Positions 57,901 through 64,000 of a stretch of 64,000 nucleotides of DNA are shown piece after piece (position 1 is the first letter of the stretch; each line of letters opens with the position of its first letter). This stretch comes from Lachnospiraceae bacterium (GTDB lineage: Bacteria; Bacillota; Clostridia; Lachnospirales; Lachnospiraceae). Below the pieces are notes generated by a model that saw nothing but the letters and a program-made list of their open reading frames with translations, did not search any database and had not been told where the DNA came from. Position numbers and translations under genes: made by a program. The stretch spans positions 243 through 64,242 of the forward strand of contig JAGAPO010000014.1 of assembly GCA_017623215.1 (NCBI GenBank), written 5' to 3'.

Positions 57901-58044
57901 AATCGCCGCGTACAGCTCGGAATCCAACTCCTTTGCCTCATACAAAAGCGCGCTTCCCCCGCCTCCAATCAGGCCGAGGATCTTATACCTGCGTCCGTCC
58001 GGGAATTCCAGAACGCTTCCGTTCATTAATTCAGTTCTGCTCAT
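54919..58044 (-). CDS. Ser/Thr protein kinase fused to a NACHT-like STAND NTPase and a C-terminal helical/Sel1-like region (1041 aa)
   Basis: Kinase motifs: G-loop LIGGGGSALLYEA, AAIKE (K49), HGDCQADN (D189/N194), DFG (216-218), YRAPE. NTPase motifs: Walker A APGGGGKS (463-470; nt 56635-56658), Walker B FFLALDNLH, ILVSGRE (NACHT TSR-like), LPLFLMRYLEIL. Sel1-like segment: EMQKLIGMCYELGFAVEKDHETAMRWLRQA. AGGGAGGA lies 6 nt upstream of ATG 58044. Confidence 0.8.
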   Translation of the reverse strand: MSRTELMNGSVLEFPDGRRYKILGLIGGGGSALLYEAKELDSELYAAIKEIYPAEGYQRVNGEIVPDGSEALCRVRASALGKRKEQLCTQEAAFGQMASRKNYQVIPIQSPVYEQANICLPDGTVYPAVTNSYARMESLTEKGITAGRYRREGKTAQGEGLPLDTAVLIMHTVLDAYAALHEDGYIHGDCQADNIFLLGNRAGEAGVFSGTAHIIDFGSARRLTDGRYTEIITDEIFSTDGYRAPELLERGADFRMSPACDVWSLGFLLLNLLTGKEDELIELGEEEMTEFLMLHPKEKLLSERQAERLGCDSAEKWMLNRILKKALANDPKERYADAGEMREALRTFDRVRKLKLSKGVTAEHLWEASIRYYKKNRQLFATEHQPGLTKELAVRRLTIYAEQEEDAEQEEGEAIPVGELLRRLAPENAQAAPKEEEWGGLEGLELDETWGEEPANANRYLQAPGGGGKSFAVSELFCEYLESGKRIPLYLDMLGFTEKLLKEAGSPERAIARMLAVQYLDTADEKICEEIESLLSEGTEVKEARETRFFLALDNLHKVSEKIYAKALAALDHADRTYKGTWILVSGREEDPQRLGSMEFGMEQLRPLSCNEPLPYVRMLRPECRIRIVPLTKEQIQSAVEQTLNRRLDWRELARLGQQYDTLKLPLFLMRYLEILAGSDRYYAKKSEDCGGDWEKDEEEASEEDEVGKEVGEEDDYEEDYDDYDEIPNSAAELLSIYFAEYEYGDTGRNIHQILEKYLPVIGYHYLISDQAVHTEQELESWVREACGNRRLLLWKFAEILDVCVRRLAILDYDGDENYRFVHDCYMDYFAGMWIAEGLQSALEEDDPRPLVRMNHAWPPRIAEIWRGLMEHTMDNDRFVRIWQPDELSRELREFLNRHRDICAGQAFWLPGNILLTVRSEYFQEETGWMELCAEFGNVEMQKLIGMCYELGFAVEKDHETAMRWLRQARGMRTALDLPEEETEYEEDGEVWKKPEPEYAEFCSHSMIRRLMEMDELWFHNWSTLIRVVMFNLHRNRKKPK

Positions 58045-58093
58045 AAGTTATCCTCCCTTGCCGCCGCTATCCTATCGCGGGCATCCCCGTTCT

Positions 58094-59554
58094 CTACCGG
58101 CCCTTTCGCGGCGCTGCCCGCATAATTTCCGGTACAAATGCCAGCGGATCTTTGCTGCACACAGCCGTCAGAATCATATGCTCAAACGGATTCGCCGCAT
58201 ATATCTGCGGCAATCCGGCCTTTAACAGCAGCCGGTCCGTCGAAGAATGAAAGCTCTGCAGCAGCTCATAATGCTCCTTTGGCGTCAATGCGGAAAAGTC
58301 CACCGACATCCCCAGTTTGTATAATCGAAGCATCAGAAAATCCTTCTTCGTAATCGTCTCCCGCGGGGTCTTTCTGCTCTTCTCCGTCTCCGCATCCTCC
58401 TCGAATAAGACACTTCTCAAATGCGCTCCGTCCAGAAGATTGGCGGTAATTCTCCGATCCAGATCGATTTCGCTGATTCGGAATGGCTGTTGCTCGTCTT
58501 CCCAGTCCTCACCCTCGTCCTCATCCGGATCCAGTCCTACCCCTTCGATTAAGATCCGATAAATCTCATTTCCGATGGTATTGTTGCTCGTCAGCACATT
58601 CGTCCGGCGGTTCAGACTGTCCTCGCTCTCCTCGTAACGTCTTAGCTTCACACCGCTCACCAGGCTGCTTCGCACCACCGAATAGTCCAGATACAGCACC
58701 TTCTCCGATTCCAGCTCTTCGTTCAAAAGCTTCCTCGCTGTCCGGCTGTATTCAGTGAACTGCTCCGCATTCTCCGCCAGATACTCCACGAAGGCCTCCT
58801 TCATCGCCTCGTCATCCGAGAATTCCCCGTAGGTGATATCATCAATTCCGCGCCGAAGAAGGCGGGTCTGCAGCGCGGGCCGTTCGTCCGGCAGGCTCCT
58901 CTTTTTTAACGCCTCCCCGTATTCCCGCAGAATTCCCCGCACTGCCGTCATTGTATGGTACGCCTCGTTATTATGGCAAAAATAATAGATACACTCTAAT
59001 ACGTTCCGGAAATTGTACACCGGGCTTTCCCCCACCGCATTCATAAAGTCATCCATATCTGCCGAATCGAAGCCGAGCGCCATGGACATCACAAATAGCA
59101 GCTTCCTGGAGATCGCCTTATTCTCAAGGTAAGTCAGATATAATTTTTTGGAGATTGCTCCTGCCTTTGGGTTCACCACCCCTTCTTTATTCATTGAAAA
59201 GCATTCATTCTCTACGGTAATCCGATACAGCAGGTCCGCGTAGGCCTCCTTTTCCTGCCCGGTCAATTCCGCCGCCGGAGTCACCGCATGGAAGGAATAG
59301 GTCTTTCCGCCCGCCGACATGGTGAACGGAACCGGCTCTTCTTCCCTGCCGCGCCCGGTCCCGTGCTCATACAGATATCGCCTCAGACAGAAGCTCAGGC
59401 TGTTCCACTCGGCCTCATTCTGTAGCACCGCCGCATATTCTTTTATCGTCTCTGTCTCCGCAAGACGCGAATTCACCTGAGCAAGCTTCTTCCTCCACTT
59501 ATTCTCAAGCTCCGCCTGCGTCTTTCGGGTGATACTGCTGCCATATTGATTCAT
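58094..59554 (-). CDS. Uncharacterised 486-aa, predominantly helical protein (no family recognised)
   Basis: ATG 59554 overlaps the PP2C stop (ATGA), giving MNQYGSSITRKTQAELENKW.... The upstream part of track ORF 58094..59677 overlaps the PP2C gene and is discounted. Confidence 0.7.
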   Translation of the reverse strand: MNQYGSSITRKTQAELENKWRKKLAQVNSRLAETETIKEYAAVLQNEAEWNSLSFCLRRYLYEHGTGRGREEEPVPFTMSAGGKTYSFHAVTPAAELTGQEKEAYADLLYRITVENECFSMNKEGVVNPKAGAISKKLYLTYLENKAISRKLLFVMSMALGFDSADMDDFMNAVGESPVYNFRNVLECIYYFCHNNEAYHTMTAVRGILREYGEALKKRSLPDERPALQTRLLRRGIDDITYGEFSDDEAMKEAFVEYLAENAEQFTEYSRTARKLLNEELESEKVLYLDYSVVRSSLVSGVKLRRYEESEDSLNRRTNVLTSNNTIGNEIYRILIEGVGLDPDEDEGEDWEDEQQPFRISEIDLDRRITANLLDGAHLRSVLFEEDAETEKSRKTPRETITKKDFLMLRLYKLGMSVDFSALTPKEHYELLQSFHSSTDRLLLKAGLPQIYAANPFEHMILTAVCSKDPLAFVPEIMRAAPRKGR

Positions 59555-60384
59555 CGGCACGTCCTTCCTTTCTTTTCCGGAATTCCCTCCTGCACTGGCA
59601 GTACCGTCAGATCCAGATACGGCACGGATGTGCAGTGAATCGCAATCATGCTGTAATCGTCCGGAGGTCCCTCCCATTCTGCATTCTGAAGTCTGTCCGC
59701 GAATTCCTCTTCCCAGGCAGGCCCGGTGGAATTCGCCAGATCATAGCCGCAGACCGGATCGATCTCATATCCATTCCACAAATATCTTGTGCAACCGTCG
59801 GACATCAGGAAAAATGAGGTGTCCGTCACATATTTTCCCCGATAGACCCGCGTACGGCGAATGCAGTGCTTCGACGAGGTCAGAACCGTGAACTGCCTGG
59901 TAATCCCGCTCTCCGGCGCGGAAAGCAGCCGCATTCGCTTCCCGGCCAAATCCTTCGAGGCACAGGCCGCAAGTCCGTCCCCAAGATGAAGACACAGGAA
60001 TCTCCCATCCCGGGTATCCACGACCAGAACCAGCAGGGTAGAGCCCAGCTCCTCCAGGCATTCCCTCAGGCCTAAGATTGCGGAATGCTCCCGAAGCTCC
60101 GCAAGAACCTTCCCCATAACCTCCTCTTTTACCGTTCCGATGCTCTCCCTCTCATAATAGCGTTCAAACGAATTCATCACATCCGTACACGCGCTCCGGC
60201 ACGCGACCTCTGCTCCAAGCCCTCCGTATCTCGCGCTTCCTGCACCATCCGCAAGCGCAATTCCATACAGACTCCCCGCTATTTTACTATAGATCCGATC
60301 CTGATTCGGCTCTCCGTTCTGACTATGGATGGCCCCCACCCTTGAAAACGATCGGATCGTTCGAACAACTCTCCGCATTCCCAC
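59551..60384 (-). CDS. PP2C-family (PP2C_2-type) Ser/Thr protein phosphatase
   Basis: SQNGEPNQDRIY...YGIALADGAGSARYGGLGAE and LLVLVVDT...LHLGDG...FFLMSDG are typical of bacterial PP2C_2 proteins. GTG 60384 lies 7 nt after AAAGGAGAA. Confidence 0.75.
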   Translation of the reverse strand: MGMRRVVRTIRSFSRVGAIHSQNGEPNQDRIYSKIAGSLYGIALADGAGSARYGGLGAEVACRSACTDVMNSFERYYERESIGTVKEEVMGKVLAELREHSAILGLRECLEELGSTLLVLVVDTRDGRFLCLHLGDGLAACASKDLAGKRMRLLSAPESGITRQFTVLTSSKHCIRRTRVYRGKYVTDTSFFLMSDGCTRYLWNGYEIDPVCGYDLANSTGPAWEEEFADRLQNAEWEGPPDDYSMIAIHCTSVPYLDLTVLPVQEGIPEKKGRTCR

Positions 60385-60520
60385 TGTAGTTCTCCTTTCT
60401 GGTCTTATTTTGATATCTACAGTCTAACACAGAGAGTCTGTCGCCCTGTTTCCATATTCAAATACAACTGCCGCGGCTTCAGACCCGATCGGTTCCGAAT
60501 CCGCGGCAGCCTCTTCCCTG

Positions 60521-61642
60521 CTATCGCTTATAAAAACAATGATTCCCCAATATGTAATACTCCGAATAGGACGAAAGATTCGCCCGATCCTTCATAATAA
60601 AGTTCATAAAATCGCCAATATTATTATTACCGGCCAACGCTTCCACTGCCGCACGCTTGCAGCTCTCCGTGACCTTGGCAGAGAACTTCTCGATTCTTCC
60701 GGAATTCGCCCCCGAGAACTGATTCGGCGCATATACGACATCGGACAGCGTATCGCCCCAGATTCCGCTCAGCAGCCGGTTAATCAGCACATTCGCAACC
60801 GCAAGCTGCCCTTCGTAGCTCTCGCTTCCCGCCTCCATCGTAATCACAATCGCCATCAAGAAAATGTCCTCATCACTCATCGTAATTGCTTCCCGATTGG
60901 TGTCCGCAACTTCCACATGCTTCGCAGCCTCCAGCGCCTTCGCAAGCTCCTCCGCCTTCTTCTTCGCTTCTATCTCCTCCATGGACACCGCAGTCTCCAG
61001 TTCAAAGCTGCACTCCGTGAACTGCGCGGACAGATAGGCTGTCGTTCCATCCTCTAACTGAACCGCCGTCCACTCATCCGTCGTAGCCTCCGGCAGCTGC
61101 ACAAAGGTATCTCCCTTATGTGCCTCCGTCAGAACCGTTCCGCTTAAGCTCGGCGCTGTTCTGACATTCACGGTTCCGGCTGTCACCGTCGCCCGAAATG
61201 CTCCAAGCTCCTGCGCCTTCGCGATCGCTTTCTCGTCAAAATGCAGGTACTGATTGCTTGCGTATCCGATCACGTCTCCGGATTGAATCTTCGTCCACTC
61301 CGTGCCGCGCTCCAGAATCACCGCGTAGGAATCCCTGTACAGCTTCCCTACAATCTCCGCTGAAGTCGACGCCTCCGCACGCACATTCAGCGACTCCTGT
61401 ACATTCGCAATCACCTTGTCAAATACAATCTCCTCTGCGGCTGCGTTGAGCGCCGGTTCCTGCGCCGCAAGGCCCATATCTGCCTTGCCCGACACTTCTA
61501 TGTGGACCGTCGATCTCGCACTCCCCGCCATCCAGGCCGCCTTTGCAGGAACCGGCTTGACTCCCACCGCCAGAAGCAATCCGCACAGCAGGCCCGCCGT
61601 CAGCCAACCTATTCTATTCTTCTTTTCTCTTTTGCTCTTCAT
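60521..61642 (-). CDS. Secreted cell-wall hydrolase (SleB/CwlJ Hydrolase_2 domain) with SH3b-like repeats
   Basis: Signal peptide (GWLTAGLLCGLLLAVGVKPVPAKA). Two SH3-like modules (LNVRAEASTSAEIVGKL, VNVRTAPSLSGTVLT). C-terminal EAGSESYEGQLAVANVLINRL...VYAPNQFSG. Confidence 0.8.
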   Translation of the reverse strand: MKSKREKKNRIGWLTAGLLCGLLLAVGVKPVPAKAAWMAGSARSTVHIEVSGKADMGLAAQEPALNAAAEEIVFDKVIANVQESLNVRAEASTSAEIVGKLYRDSYAVILERGTEWTKIQSGDVIGYASNQYLHFDEKAIAKAQELGAFRATVTAGTVNVRTAPSLSGTVLTEAHKGDTFVQLPEATTDEWTAVQLEDGTTAYLSAQFTECSFELETAVSMEEIEAKKKAEELAKALEAAKHVEVADTNREAITMSDEDIFLMAIVITMEAGSESYEGQLAVANVLINRLLSGIWGDTLSDVVYAPNQFSGANSGRIEKFSAKVTESCKRAAVEALAGNNNIGDFMNFIMKDRANLSSYSEYYILGNHCFYKR

Positions 61643-61924
61643 CTTCCATCCTTTTCTCTCCGACCTCTAAAACTTATGACCGTCGGATACCATCTGCCAT
61701 TCGAACTTCTTTGCAGCACCATTCAAATATTACAAATTTGTTACAAATGGTATTGTAACAGAAAATGGAATTCCTGTCAACTCTGGATACCTCTGCGGCA
61801 GAGCTGCAGGCCAAACATGCCGATACTGCATCTGAAATTCCGCTGTCATGGCTGCAGTCAGGACAGCAAGAGAATTGTATATGCGGAATATCCTCCTCCT
61901 TTTTATGCACATGCATATAGACAA

Positions 61925-63112
61925 TTACTTGATTTCATTCCCGTCAGCATCATATTTCGTTTCTTTCACCAGTTTTTCTTCCTCATCATACTCGCAGACA
62001 ATCCTGCTGCCATCTTTGTTGTATTCGGTCGTCCTGGCCTTATAGCTCCAGCCTTCCTCATCGAGGGCATATTCCATCAGGGATGCGAGCCGGTCATCCT
62101 CATACACCTTGACACTGGACGGATTCCCGTCCTTATCATATTCGTATTGATAGCTCAGCACACGGTCGACTGTTCCATCGGCCCTGTAATAGGTCTCTGT
62201 GGCCACCTCGGTATTCTCTCCATATTCGGAGACCAGCTTCGTGCCATCTTCGTAATAGTCAATGACGGTCCCCGGACAACGCCAGGAACTGTACTCCTCC
62301 GAGCCGGATATGAACGATACGATCTCATGAACCAACACACTGTCTCTATAGGTCTTTTCCCAAAGCATCATACCATCGGCATCGTACTCCCGCTCGTAGC
62401 GTTCTTCAAACTCTTTCTTTTCGTCAGTACCGTACTTGATCCTGCTTGTAATGTCACCATATTCGTTATATTCGCATACATACTTCCCATCCTCAAACGT
62501 TTCCGTTGCCTTTGCTTCATAGGGCTCACCGTCCGCGTTGTATGCGTACTCATAGTATCCTTCAAATGTTACCGTTCCGCCGGCATCATAGGAAATCGCT
62601 TTTATTACGTTGCCATTGCCGTCATATTCATTCACAACCCAGGAACCATCCTCCTGATAGAATGTATTCTTTGTCACACAGCTCTCGCCATCCTCATTGA
62701 CAGCGTATTCGGTATCTCCGGCAAGGATATCATTATTATATTGTTTTTCCCTTAAAATGCTGCCGTCGGCGTCATATTCGTACTCATACCGCAGTTCACT
62801 CATCACATTGCCATCGGCATCGTAGGACGTCATTCTCGTTAAGTCGCCATATTCGCTGTAATTATAGACATCCATATAACCGTCGCCCAAATCCCAGATC
62901 TCGCTCCCGCAGACCGTGCACACCGCATCATCGCTCAGGCTATGAGCCGCAGCCTCCAGCTTTTCACCGCATTCGCACGTATGCCAGTGTTCCTTCGCAT
63001 CCCGGTCCCATTCCTCCGATGCGGAATGTGTATGCTTTTGGGAGCAGGCAGTCAACATTGCAAGGGGCAGTATGCCAGAAATCGTCATTATCAAAATTTT
63101 CTTAATCTTCAT
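61925..63112 (-). CDS. Lipoprotein with a Cys/His-rich N-terminal motif and YD/MORN-like repeats
   Basis: Lipobox LAMLTAC. HTHSASEEWDRDAKEHWHTCECGEKLEAAAHSLSDDAVCTVCG. At least 6 repeats of the type YEYEYDADGxxxxEKxY. Start set at ATG 63112. Confidence 0.65.
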   Translation of the reverse strand: MKIKKILIMTISGILPLAMLTACSQKHTHSASEEWDRDAKEHWHTCECGEKLEAAAHSLSDDAVCTVCGSEIWDLGDGYMDVYNYSEYGDLTRMTSYDADGNVMSELRYEYEYDADGSILREKQYNNDILAGDTEYAVNEDGESCVTKNTFYQEDGSWVVNEYDGNGNVIKAISYDAGGTVTFEGYYEYAYNADGEPYEAKATETFEDGKYVCEYNEYGDITSRIKYGTDEKKEFEERYEREYDADGMMLWEKTYRDSVLVHEIVSFISGSEEYSSWRCPGTVIDYYEDGTKLVSEYGENTEVATETYYRADGTVDRVLSYQYEYDKDGNPSSVKVYEDDRLASLMEYALDEEGWSYKARTTEYNKDGSRIVCEYDEEEKLVKETKYDADGNEIK

Positions 63113-63199
63113 CGTTCCATTCCTTTCTACTACAATATCGTTATGGTTCCTGTTCCTAACAGCAGTCAGGACTCTATCCATCGAAATGTATCCATACGT

Positions 63200-63925
63200 T
63201 TAGTCGTTATCCCCGATTTTTATCTTTATCCCGCCACCGTCTGACGAACCGGAAGACAGGAACGAAGCCAATGCCTGCGCAGTATTCGATACAGGCATTG
63301 ACTGTATGTAAACTTTGCCTGGACCTGTGATTACGGTATGAAACAGGCCTTCTCCTCCGAGGAATATATTTTTAACCCCTTTTACGGTCCGGATATCCAT
63401 GGAACAGGTCTCGCTCATTGCGGCAAGATAGCCCGTATCTACGATTATGCTTTCCCCTGCCGCAAGCTCATATTCTTTGCAGTAACCGTCTATCTCCACA
63501 AAGACCAGACCTCTTCCGGTCACCTTCTGCATGATAAACCCTTCTCCTCCGAAAACTCCGGCGCGAAACTTTTTCTGAAAATAAACAGACAGGTCCAATC
63601 CCTTTTCCATCGCGAGAAATCCAGACTTCTGAACAATAATTCCATTCCCGGGACTTACCTCAAACGGAATAATCGTCCCCGGAAAGCTCGACGCGAACGC
63701 AATCATCCCGCTGCCGCCCTTCGGGGTGTATTCGTTCAAAAATATGGATTCTCCCGAAAATATTCGTCCAAATGCTTTTTTGATTCCGCCTCCTGTATTG
63801 GTATCCATCTGCATATTCGGACTCATCCAACTCATAGAACCGCTCTCCGTACAAAGAGTCTGCCCCGCCTCCGGATAGCAAATAACAACAGGCAAATTAC
63901 CGCCTTCAATTTCATAATTCAGCAT
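63200..63925 (-). CDS. AIM24 / TIGR00266 (DUF124) family protein
   Basis: MLNYEIEGGNLPVVICYPEAGQTLCTESGSMSWMS...GEGLFHTVITGPGKVYIQSMP matches the family pattern by eye. Confidence 0.75.
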   Translation of the reverse strand: MLNYEIEGGNLPVVICYPEAGQTLCTESGSMSWMSPNMQMDTNTGGGIKKAFGRIFSGESIFLNEYTPKGGSGMIAFASSFPGTIIPFEVSPGNGIIVQKSGFLAMEKGLDLSVYFQKKFRAGVFGGEGFIMQKVTGRGLVFVEIDGYCKEYELAAGESIIVDTGYLAAMSETCSMDIRTVKGVKNIFLGGEGLFHTVITGPGKVYIQSMPVSNTAQALASFLSSGSSDGGGIKIKIGDND

Positions 63926-64000
63926 ATCGTTATCCTCCTTTGAAACTTATGTCAGTTTACATTATAATGCAGGCATTTCCGGAAAACAATTGTTCCTGCA

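Noticed and set aside
59555-59677. 41-codon N-terminal extension of the orphan protein ORF
   Set aside because: It overlaps the PP2C coding sequence. ATG 59554 overlaps the PP2C stop codon in a standard coupling arrangement.

Overview
64-kb chromosomal segment that looks like a Clostridia/Lachnospiraceae-type Firmicute; this is inferred from gene content, GGAGG-type ribosome-binding sites and mid-range GC. I can support about 47 protein-coding genes. I saw no rRNA, tRNA, CRISPR array, intact transposase or prophage genes. Left to right: a NUDIX hydrolase cut by the window edge, an AEC permease, an S1-domain protein and a small alarmone synthetase. Next come a heterodimeric ABC exporter behind a leader-peptide/terminator region, then GNAT, pgsA and a membrane-anchored GH3 hexosaminidase. 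An ABC exporter with an OmpR/HK two-component pair follows. Then a LacI-controlled sugar cluster (fucose-isomerase-like, split transketolase, FGGY kinase) and a second LacI cluster (GH130 plus an uncharacterised 723-aa protein). After these come a DUF1593 protein, a CE4 deacetylase and PadR/DUF2812, then a glycoside hydrolase block (GH2, GH28, GH3, GH2, AraC) with an embedded GGDEF protein. Next are an M42 peptidase, cysK, a Ca-type P-type ATPase and a HAD hydrolase. The right end holds a secreted ricin-lectin/M23 peptidase, a three-gene PP2C / unknown / Ser-Thr-kinase-NACHT operon, a SleB-like hydrolase, a YD-like lipoprotein and an AIM24-family protein. Four observations stand out. (1) The PP2C phosphatase - orphan 486-aa protein - kinase::NACHT::Sel1 operon (54919-60384) is a candidate undescribed NLR-like conflict or signalling system. 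It sits next to a decayed Rpn-type gene and an AT-rich spacer. (2) A 34-codon leader ORF with four consecutive Cys codons (six in total) is followed by a terminator and a competing antiterminator directly upstream of cysK. This is the layout of trp/his-style ribosome-mediated attenuation, here apparently tuned to cysteine. (3) A 29-codon leader ORF plus U-tailed hairpins precedes the heterodimeric ABC exporter, resembling bmrB-bmrCD of B. subtilis. (4) A 43-nt element that is nearly identical at two loci covers the translation-initiation regions of two unrelated genes 44 kb apart. All functional calls rest on motif recognition by eye; no database search was run.
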